The notes under the pieces: model-generated
Told to the model about the DNA's origin: nothing
The model's database searches: none
What the model saw: only the letters and a program-made list of their open reading frames with translations
Virus record (IMG/VR): IMGVR_UViG_3300017613_001373
Source of the DNA: an uncultured virus (IMG/VR IMGVR_UViG_3300017613_001373)
Lineage: Duplodnaviria > Heunggongvirae > Uroviricota > Caudoviricetes
Length of the DNA stretch: 64,000 bases
Strand: one strand, 5' to 3'
Part shown: positions 18,696-27,336 of the stretch, piece by piece
How positions within the stretch are numbered: position 1 is the stretch's first letter
How the letters are laid out: every line of letters starts with the position of its first letter
Made by a program: the position numbers and the translations under genes

Positions 18696-19070
18696 TTAAT
18701 TAAATTGTTTCTCTTTCCGTTTCAAGTAGTTTATCTCAATCCTTCGTACAGGTTGCTTTCTAACAAAATCCCACACACTATGATTGTCACCATTGGAAAC
18801 AATGATAACCAAATCACTCATATCTACTAAGAAATCTATATTAGCGTGAAATGTACACAACGCAGAAGGATGTTCATAACCACCCCATTTTGACACAACC
18901 ATATAATCAACTCCTGCGATTTTTTCCATCATATTCCATCCAGAATTAGTCATGATTATAAATGTTGCATTTTTATCACGTCCTCGTTGTACAATACTGT
19001 CTAACTTTTCATTAATCCAATCCTCAATTTTCGGATTGAGGACGAAATCTCCAAGTAATCCTATAATCAT
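18696..19070 (-). CDS. hypothetical protein, possible SLOG/Rossmann-like fold
   Basis: MIIGLLG...LVDMSDLVIIV pattern. Confidence 0.45.
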   Translation of the reverse strand: MIIGLLGDFVLNPKIEDWINEKLDSIVQRGRDKNATFIIMTNSGWNMMEKIAGVDYMVVSKWGGYEHPSALCTFHANIDFLVDMSDLVIIVSNGDNHSVWDFVRKQPVRRIEINYLKRKEKQFN

Positions 19071-19675
19071 GTTATAAATGAAACTCTTGCAAAATCATCA
19101 TAAGTACTATTGCCTTTTTTCAAATAGTAAAAACCTTCAACCAGTGTATTAGAATGTTCTGGTAAATTTGACATTTTTTGAAATTTTCTTTTTGGATTAA
19201 AGAAATTACCATTCCGAAAAGATTTTAATGAGAAAAATTGATCATCAAATATCACCCCAAAATGAATGGCCTTAACACCCAGAGAGGGTAAATCAACATA
19301 GTCTGCTTTACCGTTTGTAAAAACAGATACAGTATCGTTCACATCAATAATTGTCAAAGGTAGTGACAATCTAGGGATAATATCGTATGCCTCATGTGAA
19401 TTGTATACTCCGTCAATAGGGAATTTTGGAACAATAATGTCATCATCCAACCATAACATTTCATCTTTTGCTTGCATCTGACCAATATCTACCCAATACG
19501 AAAGAGCGGATAATGCTTCTTTACGTTGAATCTTCGGCAAATCATGTTCGCAATCGCTTTTAAAACATAGGTGACAGACCATCTTAGCTTTTTCATTTCT
19601 ATAATTGTTATATTCATCCAATACACGGTAATATCGTGCAACTGATGACACTACTCGTTCAGTATCTCTAACCAT
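19067..19675 (-). CDS. hypothetical protein
   Basis: CxxC...CxH cluster; coupled. Confidence 0.6.
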   Translation of the reverse strand: MVRDTERVVSSVARYYRVLDEYNNYRNEKAKMVCHLCFKSDCEHDLPKIQRKEALSALSYWVDIGQMQAKDEMLWLDDDIIVPKFPIDGVYNSHEAYDIIPRLSLPLTIIDVNDTVSVFTNGKADYVDLPSLGVKAIHFGVIFDDQFFSLKSFRNGNFFNPKRKFQKMSNLPEHSNTLVEGFYYLKKGNSTYDDFARVSFIT

Positions 19676-20643
19676 AATTCTCCAATATCGTCATAGTCTT
19701 CTCCATTAATCGTTAAATATTCTTGCATGATTTCGTCTGGTGTCATATCACGCATATTGCCAGTGAACCTTGTCGATCTCTCTGTTCTCGTTATATTGTG
19801 TTTAACATCTAGTGAAAAACATCCCATGAATGCGCGATCTATTTGTGCTGGTGTGAAATCATCATCTGTGTACTCAAATCTATAGATGGTTTCTTCATCA
19901 ATGCGCTCTGGTAATTCATGTAATACTTCTCTAGGACGTAGATTGTACTTGATATGTTCCCAACCATCATCTGTGATGTGAACAAAGCCCATCTTAGGTG
20001 TCCCCCCAAAATGCGAGTGTTGTAGACTACCCGCATACATAATGAGGGGTTCATGACACAACACATCATAAGGGTGAATATGTCCCAGCACGGTATAGTC
20101 AAATTGTTTGAAATACTCTAACGGAATTTGGTAATCTTGTCCTGAATCCTCCCACGCTGGTTTGTCACGAAATGTGCTACAATGAGCAACCCCAATTGTT
20201 GTTCGCGTTAGATCAAACTTTGGAATAATATCATTCTCATTCCAAGGAATACATGCCAAATCATAGTCGCCGAACGATAGTAGTTCTGGTTCTTCAATGA
20301 CACGAATATTTGCTGGTTTCAATGTTGCCAAGTCGAACATGGAATGTTTTGCCGTCTTATTGGCAGGAATATCATGATTACCCAATAATAATGTAACCTT
20401 TATATTCTGTTCAGTAAGCGATTCCAACCAATTATAAAACACATCTCGATAATGTGAATGAACATAGTAACTGTCGAAAGTATCACCAGTTACCACAAAT
20501 TCTTCAACATCATGTTCCCTACAATACTCTGTCATATCATAGAGTGAATCTATACCATCTTGTACACGAACAAACTCATGGTCTTTACGACGACCTTTCG
20601 TATTCTTATCAATGTGTAAATCACTACATATTACAACATTCAT
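19651..20643 (-). CDS. Mre11/SbcD-like metallophosphoesterase nuclease
   Basis: SDLH, GDTFD, GNHD, GHIH, YAGS. Confidence 0.9.
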   Translation of the reverse strand: MNVVICSDLHIDKNTKGRRKDHEFVRVQDGIDSLYDMTEYCREHDVEEFVVTGDTFDSYYVHSHYRDVFYNWLESLTEQNIKVTLLLGNHDIPANKTAKHSMFDLATLKPANIRVIEEPELLSFGDYDLACIPWNENDIIPKFDLTRTTIGVAHCSTFRDKPAWEDSGQDYQIPLEYFKQFDYTVLGHIHPYDVLCHEPLIMYAGSLQHSHFGGTPKMGFVHITDDGWEHIKYNLRPREVLHELPERIDEETIYRFEYTDDDFTPAQIDRAFMGCFSLDVKHNITRTERSTRFTGNMRDMTPDEIMQEYLTINGEDYDDIGELWLEILNE

Positions 20644-21002
20644 TATTGTGCGTTTTCCAGATTAAACGTGTCCCATGTTAATGATGGTTTCCGTGTTTGT
20701 TTCCGTTTAAACAAGGCATATCGCGCATCCTCTGAGGCAAAACGATTTGTTGTTTCCTGTGTAGGTACAGTTTTTGAAAATGATGTGTGTGGGAATGCGA
20801 CAAACTCGATCTTTACTCGTGGGTCTGTAAAATCAATGAAACTGTTCCAGTTGACAGGGTTTTTTTGAAATTTACGATTCCCATGTTCGTTTTCAACTGA
20901 TAATACATAAAAGTTATCCCCACTCTTATGTGCCAGATTAATCGCTTTTTTCTTAATTGCTTGACTCTTTTCACTCTTTGTTCGTTTTCTTCTATTTTGC
21001 AT
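20643..21002 (-). CDS. basic hypothetical protein
   Basis: AAGGAGA SD; coupled. Confidence 0.6.
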   Translation of the reverse strand: MQNRRKRTKSEKSQAIKKKAINLAHKSGDNFYVLSVENEHGNRKFQKNPVNWNSFIDFTDPRVKIEFVAFPHTSFSKTVPTQETTNRFASEDARYALFKRKQTRKPSLTWDTFNLENAQ

Positions 21003-21140
21003 AACATCTCCTTATATTTTATATAGTGTAACTTATACACTAAGTTTATCAGCATAGTTATATCAAGTCAAGAGATTGGTCATATTTGATTGAGATAGTT
21101 CAACAGTGTTTTATAATCAATACCATAGGAGGTGAAAATT

Positions 21141-21437
21141 ATGGAAGAAGTTTTAGGAGTTGCATTAGGGATTTTGAGTTTAGCAGTTGTAGCAGAAGGA
21201 TTATCCGAAGGGGTATTATCAACCCTACCATTTATGGATGATTTAGGTAAATATCAAGAATTGGCTAAGAGATCATTTGTATTAGTTGTAGCATTAGCAT
21301 TGGTCTTCGGATTCAGCATTGATTTGTCTACTGAAATCATGCATTCTGAACCTATCACACCAGTTGTTGGTCAAATTTTAACCGCAACAGTTATAGCGTT
21401 TGGTTCATCATTAATCCACAAAGCAGTAAAAAAATAG
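21141..21437 (+). CDS. holin-like small membrane protein (3 TM)
   Basis: three hydrophobic segments; GxILTAxxIxxGSSLIH; GGAGG SD; own terminator. Confidence 0.55.
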   Translation: MEEVLGVALGILSLAVVAEGLSEGVLSTLPFMDDLGKYQELAKRSFVLVVALALVFGFSIDLSTEIMHSEPITPVVGQILTATVIAFGSSLIHKAVKK

Positions 21438-21468
21438 GTTTAAAACAACCACAATAACATAACCGAAC

Positions 21469-21503
21469 AAAAACCCGTATGAAGAGGTGACATACGGGTT
21501 TTT
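21469..21503 (+). terminator. intrinsic terminator
   Basis: AAAAACCCGTATG...CATACGGGTTTTT. Confidence 0.85.
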
Positions 21504-21576
21504 AGTTCTGTTATAACCCCGCTTAATTACAATTCATTGTTTATAAAAAATTACAATATGACTTTTGTACTATTAC

Positions 21577-21613
21577 TTGACAATAATAAATAAGTGTATA
21601 TAATACACTTATT
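21577..21613 (+). promoter_or_regulatory. promoter with an 11-bp perfect inverted-repeat operator over the -10
   Basis: TTGACA 21577-21582, TATAAT 21599-21604; AATAAGTGTAT-ATA-ATACACTTATT. Confidence 0.75.
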
Positions 21614-21667
21614 GAACTTACGGAAAGTCGTTTTTTCGTAATTACGTTAAAAGGAAGAGGATCATAT

Positions 21668-21844
21668 ATGGATAAAAAACGAACTGAAATAGTTCTTGAA
21701 TATGGTTTTTGGATGAAGCTGAAATGGATTGCTTTATCACAAGGCATGAGCCTAGCAGGACTGTTTAGAAAAGTATTAACACAATATATAGAGGACTATG
21801 AGCGAACGAAAGAGACGAATACTAAAACAAGACGAGAGAGTTAG
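21668..21844 (+). CDS. ribbon-helix-helix (CopG-like) regulator, 58 aa
   Basis: MDKKRTEIVL-EYGFWMKLKWIALSQGMSLAGLFRKVLTQYI; SD upstream; absent from the ORF track. Confidence 0.7.
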   Translation: MDKKRTEIVLEYGFWMKLKWIALSQGMSLAGLFRKVLTQYIEDYERTKETNTKTRRES

Positions 21845-22169
21845 ACTATGGTTACGACAAGGAGGTGTTTGTTGTTATTGTGGTATCCCCACAATACCGA
21901 TTTTTTACCAACAGGCGAATATGTTAGTTAAAATATTAAATCGTAAAAATAGATGGATCGATGTAAGCGAATTTGACCATTGGATAGCGTTCGCAAAGAA
22001 CGGATCAAACGATGATGGGAATATTTTTAATAGTTGTAAAACATGCAACAGATCGAAAAGTGATTCTAACATCGGTTGGACAAAACCAAAAACATCAATG
22101 TTAGGGAAATTTCTATATATGATTTTCCCAACAATTGAAGATGAGTTGAAACAAATCAAGGAGAAGTAA
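21798..22169 (+). CDS. HNH endonuclease-like protein
   Basis: CCYCG, DHWIA...G...N...SCKTCN. Confidence 0.85.
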   Translation: MSERKRRILKQDERVRLWLRQGGVCCYCGIPTIPIFYQQANMLVKILNRKNRWIDVSEFDHWIAFAKNGSNDDGNIFNSCKTCNRSKSDSNIGWTKPKTSMLGKFLYMIFPTIEDELKQIKEK

Positions 22170-22172
22170 CTT

Positions 22173-23234
22173 ATGGCAGAACAAAGAGGGAGTGCGAGTC
22201 GTGGGAGTCGTGGAAGTGGTTCACGATTCTACAATGAAAACGTAAATGTAGCAGGTAAAGATTTATCAATAGCCACTATTATACTAGGTGGTTTAACACT
22301 GTTTGGATTGTTTGGTGGCACATTTGCTACTGGATTAATGTCTAGGTATGGCTTTGTACTTGCCCTGTTTGCTGGTGCAGTATGGTTAGCATGGTCTGTT
22401 AGTCGTGATGGTGTATTCAGCCTCATGAACCAAATCTTCACATTTGTTTTAGCATTGTTAGCAATTATTTGGATTTTCTTCTCGTTTATCCCACATCAAT
22501 TGAATAATGTTAATACAAACGAATGGGAGCAGGTTTTTACAAACTTCAATACTAACGTGCAGACCACATCACCGTTTGTCAATCAACCTATTACTGGCGT
22601 GACATTGCCGAATTTCGATAATGCGATTACCACAAATGATCCTAATATTGGTGGTGGGAGTCCGTCATATACGTCTCAACCAGATGTAGATGTACATGAA
22701 CAACCTGTTTATACACAACAACCAAATGAAGCCAACAATGTTCCAGCAGTATCACAACCAGCAACACCATCACCAGCAACACCATCACCCACAGCGGGAT
22801 TGGAACGACAATTGGAAAACGCAATTATGGAAAATGACGGTGTGATGGTGATGGAATTAACTGGTCAAATTTTGACAATCAATCCTGACCATGCCAATGC
22901 GAAAGTTTGGAATAGTCAAGTAATTTCAGAAAAAATACATGTTGATTCTTTACGGAATATGCCACAACCAACAGGTGATTTTATGGCAGGGGTTGACAGT
23001 AATAGTCTGCAAAAAGCGATAGACCTATTGGGCAGTAATGGTGAGAAACCAAACGGGTATCAATACATTGTACTAGACAATGGTGCAAAAACGAGTAGTG
23101 TTGGTTGTAATGAAACAGCGATTCTTGAATTACAAAGCGGATTGTATGCAGGACAAAGTTTTACAACCCAACGCTGTTTGGTATCTAGTATTGCTGGTGG
23201 TTCTGAAAATGGAAAAGTCTTTACAGTACGGTAA
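22173..23234 (+). CDS. membrane protein (about 3 TM, Pro/Thr/Gln linker, soluble domain)
   Basis: hydrophobic segments near the N-terminus; AAGGAG SD. Confidence 0.75.
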   Translation: MAEQRGSASRGSRGSGSRFYNENVNVAGKDLSIATIILGGLTLFGLFGGTFATGLMSRYGFVLALFAGAVWLAWSVSRDGVFSLMNQIFTFVLALLAIIWIFFSFIPHQLNNVNTNEWEQVFTNFNTNVQTTSPFVNQPITGVTLPNFDNAITTNDPNIGGGSPSYTSQPDVDVHEQPVYTQQPNEANNVPAVSQPATPSPATPSPTAGLERQLENAIMENDGVMVMELTGQILTINPDHANAKVWNSQVISEKIHVDSLRNMPQPTGDFMAGVDSNSLQKAIDLLGSNGEKPNGYQYIVLDNGAKTSSVGCNETAILELQSGLYAGQSFTTQRCLVSSIAGGSENGKVFTVR

Positions 23235-23249
23235 TAAATAGGAGTTATC

Positions 23250-24776
23250 ATGAGTGAAAACATATTACAAACATTACAGAGTTGGACAGATGAACCCGAT
23301 GAAAAAGTACGCATTGGTGCGATGGCTGGTCTAGCCACAATTGTATATGGTGCTAAATCTGGTTTTGATGCTGTTGCAAGTGTATATCCTGACGACGCTC
23401 TAGGAATTGTTTTAGGTACATCTATTGTAGTAGCAGGAGCAGGTGCAGTAGGCTTATATACATATGGTAAAAAGGCTGGACAACGTATGGAGACTGAGAC
23501 ACCAGCGCAAACACCTCCTGTAATTGACCCAGAAGAAATTCGAGAAGTTGTGCAACGTAGTGAACCTGTTGTGGCAGATGAGGTTGCAGAAGTTGTTCAA
23601 GATACCATAAATGTTAACACCGATGCTTTCGATGAACTGATGAGCGATTTAGCAAACAAGGCATATCATATATTCATTCCCTCAACATCTGGTAGCGGTA
23701 AGACCACATTAATCAACCACTTCTTAAATACACAACTAGGTGAAAAAGATTCTTATTTGGTGTTAGATGGTAAAATCGAGGGTGATGATTCTTTGAAATA
23801 TGCCGATAGTAAATATACAGTAAACGATCCTAAAAAATACAGTGCTGTTCTAAACCGTGTCGTTGCACAAATGGAGAAGAGACAAGCAAAAAGTATGTAT
23901 GAGTATCCGAAACTACATGTAGTGATTGATGAGAGTTCATTGTTAGATCAGGAAAGTATGGATTTGGTTGTTGAATTGTTGTCTCGTTCCCGTAGTGCGA
24001 ATATAAAGGTCATATTAATGACGCAAAGTGTTTCGGCAAAAATAAATGGGACTGAGGGAATTACTGACTTATTGAATCGTATTACAATTTTGAATTTAGG
24101 ATTCGATGATAGAAATGATCGTGTTGTTTCCTATGCTCGGATTGCAAGCGGTAAAATTAAAAACATTGGCCGTGAGATCAAAGTGCCAAAACTCGATGCA
24201 CCTTGGAATGTTGATCTCGAATTTGAGGATGATACTGACAGTTTTGATTTTGGCGATGATATGGTAAAAAATATTGATACATCTGTTACAACACCCATTA
24301 TTGATGTTGTTTCAGAAACAACACTTATTCGAGATGAATCTGATAATGAACAGATTACAAAGATTACTGAAATGTTATCGGAATTAGTTGGTGCGGATTT
24401 GACAAGTGTTGTTGAAGAAAGTCGTAGAAAAGTTGTTGAAATGGATCATGAAGAACTACCTCCTATGTTACGAGAAACATCAGAAGAGGATAAGAATAAG
24501 TATGATTTTCAACCGCAAAAAAACAATGATAAAGAAAATCCATCATTGCGTTTAACATGTAAAATAATGCGTAATGTAGATTTATCGGATTCAGGTTATC
24601 GTATTGGAAAAAACATTGTGACCAATGGCGATCTAAACACGATTAAATTCTTAAATAAATGGTTCAACGGTAATGACCCAGATGGAAATCATCGACGTGA
24701 AATTTGTGAATTAACATTCGACAAATACTCTCCGTATCATTTCAAGGTTATCAGTTCTGTATTAGGGGATAAATAA
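23250..24776 (+). CDS. membrane-anchored FtsK/HerA-superfamily ATPase
   Basis: two N-terminal hydrophobic segments, SGSGKTT, VLDGK, VVIDE, RSANIKVILMTQ. Confidence 0.8.
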   Translation: MSENILQTLQSWTDEPDEKVRIGAMAGLATIVYGAKSGFDAVASVYPDDALGIVLGTSIVVAGAGAVGLYTYGKKAGQRMETETPAQTPPVIDPEEIREVVQRSEPVVADEVAEVVQDTINVNTDAFDELMSDLANKAYHIFIPSTSGSGKTTLINHFLNTQLGEKDSYLVLDGKIEGDDSLKYADSKYTVNDPKKYSAVLNRVVAQMEKRQAKSMYEYPKLHVVIDESSLLDQESMDLVVELLSRSRSANIKVILMTQSVSAKINGTEGITDLLNRITILNLGFDDRNDRVVSYARIASGKIKNIGREIKVPKLDAPWNVDLEFEDDTDSFDFGDDMVKNIDTSVTTPIIDVVSETTLIRDESDNEQITKITEMLSELVGADLTSVVEESRRKVVEMDHEELPPMLRETSEEDKNKYDFQPQKNNDKENPSLRLTCKIMRNVDLSDSGYRIGKNIVTNGDLNTIKFLNKWFNGNDPDGNHRREICELTFDKYSPYHFKVISSVLGDK

Positions 24777-24778
24777 TT

Positions 24779-25057
24779 ATGAACAATGTTTTAGAGAAAC
24801 TTACATCCCCGTTAGTTGCGCTAGGATGGATCGGTGTATGTATCATAGCAATAATTGTCATAAACATTCTAATAGTAACGAATACGATTTTTATCTCACT
24901 TCGTGACAGTTTATGGTTGAATCATAATATATCAGCAATATGGGCTTTTTTAGTATTCATAGTATTAATTCCTGTATTCGTTATCACTATCTGGTTCATC
25001 ATTAACGGGATATGGATTCTTGCAAATAAAGGATTAAGCAAACTCCAAGATTGGTAA
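24779..25057 (+). CDS. 2-TM membrane protein
   Basis: two long hydrophobic helices. Confidence 0.7.
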   Translation: MNNVLEKLTSPLVALGWIGVCIIAIIVINILIVTNTIFISLRDSLWLNHNISAIWAFLVFIVLIPVFVITIWFIINGIWILANKGLSKLQDW

Positions 25058-25104
25058 GAATTAGTATTGTAAAAAATTACAAAGTCTCCTATAATTAATC
25101 TCTT

Positions 25105-26148
25105 ATGAAATTGATTATAGAGAGACTTTTTTTGCTTTATGCTGATATAATGGAAACAATGGGTTGGATACTCACTGTTTTAATTTATGCTGGAACGGCA
25201 TACATCGGACTCTCTCTAATTAGCGGTGATGTAATGATGCCAACACCATTTACCACAATTGATATGAACAACCAAACCACTTCAAATTATCAACAAGATT
25301 TGAACTATTCTGATTTAATAGGTATACCATTAATGATGTCTCCATATGATCCCGCTTTAGGTGGTACAAACTGTCAAGCACCGTGTTCTATCACTGCGTC
25401 TGGTGAATTAGTGTCAGATTGGAAAGATAATGGAGGTATCGCTTGTCCTCAAAGTTTTCCAGATTTTACAAAGATTGAAATTGAAGGAATTATTTATACA
25501 TGTATTGATCATGGGGGATGGATTCAACATATTCAAAAGGGTGAAAATGATCCAGCTTTAGCAAATCATTATGGTGTTGATGAATATGCCGCAAAAGAAG
25601 AACATATTTGGATTGATGTATTATCTTCCGCAAGTACACATGGTACACAATATTATTATACAGAACTTGTATATGACTGGCGTATTGTTACAGAGATTTC
25701 AGAAACATCGTTTACACAACCTGTACAAAAAGCTGTACAACAAACATCATCTTGCCCTATTCAAAAACCGTATGAATACGGAGGGTTAACACAAGAATTA
25801 CATGGGAATCAGGCGTTAGATTACAAAGCAGGTGAAGGAATTAGTGTCCTATCTCCAATATCAGGCACAGTAATACAAAATGAAATTACTGTTTCGGATA
25901 ATACCACACTTGTGATTGAAAATGATTGTTATATGGTGAAAATGTATCATGGTGATTGGACAGCGGAAGTAGGTAGCCAAATTATTATTGGACAACCAGT
26001 AGGAACAGAGAGTAATAAAGGCTACACGTTTACAAATAACGGTAACACTTTTTGTGGCACAGGTTCTAATTGTGGTTATCATACACATTTGGAAGTTTTT
26101 GACAAAGAATTAAACATATATATTGACCCTCGTGAACGATATGAATGA
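25105..26148 (+). CDS. membrane-anchored cell-wall hydrolase (3D/DPBB-like domain plus M23 peptidase)
   Basis: TASG...IACP...CIDHGG; HxxxxxD and HTH zinc motifs. Confidence 0.75.
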   Translation: MKLIIERLFLLYADIMETMGWILTVLIYAGTAYIGLSLISGDVMMPTPFTTIDMNNQTTSNYQQDLNYSDLIGIPLMMSPYDPALGGTNCQAPCSITASGELVSDWKDNGGIACPQSFPDFTKIEIEGIIYTCIDHGGWIQHIQKGENDPALANHYGVDEYAAKEEHIWIDVLSSASTHGTQYYYTELVYDWRIVTEISETSFTQPVQKAVQQTSSCPIQKPYEYGGLTQELHGNQALDYKAGEGISVLSPISGTVIQNEITVSDNTTLVIENDCYMVKMYHGDWTAEVGSQIIIGQPVGTESNKGYTFTNNGNTFCGTGSNCGYHTHLEVFDKELNIYIDPRERYE

Positions 26149-27244
26149 GAACAACGAAGAAATTGAAACATTATCTGAAATCCTTATAAAAACACTGTTT
26201 GATGCTTTACATGTCCTAATCCATCTCATTAAACGTGTTGGTACACATTTGATCATGTCTGGTTTAATGATATTGATTATGTCTACATTGACTGAGAATA
26301 GAGTGTATCTAGGTGCTTTCGTAGGTTTTGGAGACACTGATCAGAATAGTAATCAAATCATTAATCCACCAGTTTCACAATCAAACATACCAAATTCTGG
26401 TAATATTATTGAAAATATGTATGGGCATAAAATAGCACCATTAAATTCTATACATTACATTGCAGGTAGTCAAACAAAAGGTAGCGGGACAGGTCTTATC
26501 AGAGAAGGTCAAATGTTTGACTTTTATTACTACGGACGGGATTATGTGAATGTGTGTGGCGCAGATGTGTATGCACCATTTGATGCAGTGCTATCTTATC
26601 AGTCAAACATCGGTGGAGGAACACCACAATTAACATTTACCAGCATGGATGGATCAATAAAGGTTCACAGTATGCATCTAAACGCTATTCAAACAAGTGG
26701 TTATGTGTCACAGGGAGAGTTAGTCGGATATGTTGATAAATTAGGTGCATATAGTGGTGGAGTTTGTCATGGACATGATTCATTGTATGTCAATGGAAAA
26801 TTACAAGATATTGAAACGTATCAGTTGGAAATGAGCGAATCAGTGCCAGAAACAACTATGTCCAATCAACCACCATATCAAATGCCATACAAAGATTGGT
26901 ATGGAATAGGGGATGCTGAGTTACATGGTCGTGACAATCTGAAAGGTATTGATGTTTCAGGAGGATGTGATACGCCATTATACGCAATACTTAGCGGAGT
27001 AGTAACAGAAGTAGGTATGGAAACAGTACTCTCAAATGGGAAACGAAATAGTATTTTAACCATAACAGGTGATGATGGTATACACACCGCTACAATCCTT
27101 CATGGTAATTATACACCCACATTGAATCAACATTTAAACATAGGTGATCCAGTTGGTACAGAAGGAACAATTGGTAACAGTACAGCTTGCCATAGTCATA
27201 TTATATTAAAAGAAAACGGTGTTGAAATAAATATCTTACCTTAG
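26141..27244 (+). CDS. membrane-anchored tandem M23 peptidase
   Basis: two M23-like repeats (GRDY..CGADVYAP...CHGH and GID..CDTPLYA...CHSH). Confidence 0.75.
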   Translation: MNENNEEIETLSEILIKTLFDALHVLIHLIKRVGTHLIMSGLMILIMSTLTENRVYLGAFVGFGDTDQNSNQIINPPVSQSNIPNSGNIIENMYGHKIAPLNSIHYIAGSQTKGSGTGLIREGQMFDFYYYGRDYVNVCGADVYAPFDAVLSYQSNIGGGTPQLTFTSMDGSIKVHSMHLNAIQTSGYVSQGELVGYVDKLGAYSGGVCHGHDSLYVNGKLQDIETYQLEMSESVPETTMSNQPPYQMPYKDWYGIGDAELHGRDNLKGIDVSGGCDTPLYAILSGVVTEVGMETVLSNGKRNSILTITGDDGIHTATILHGNYTPTLNQHLNIGDPVGTEGTIGNSTACHSHIILKENGVEINILP

Positions 27245-27280
27245 TAAATACAAGGGTTAAATCAATAACCCTTGTATTTA
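27245..27280. terminator. bidirectional terminator between convergent operons
   Basis: TAAATACAAGGGTTA...TAACCCTTGTATTTA. Confidence 0.75.
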
Positions 27281-27336
27281 CATCCCCTAACTCTTAAAAC
27301 CTGTCTACGAAAGGGAAATCACTGTTAAAACCAATC

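Noticed and set aside
22757..22790. CCAGCAACACCATCA tandem repeat
   Set aside because: It simply encodes a PATPS-PATPS linker in a membrane protein.
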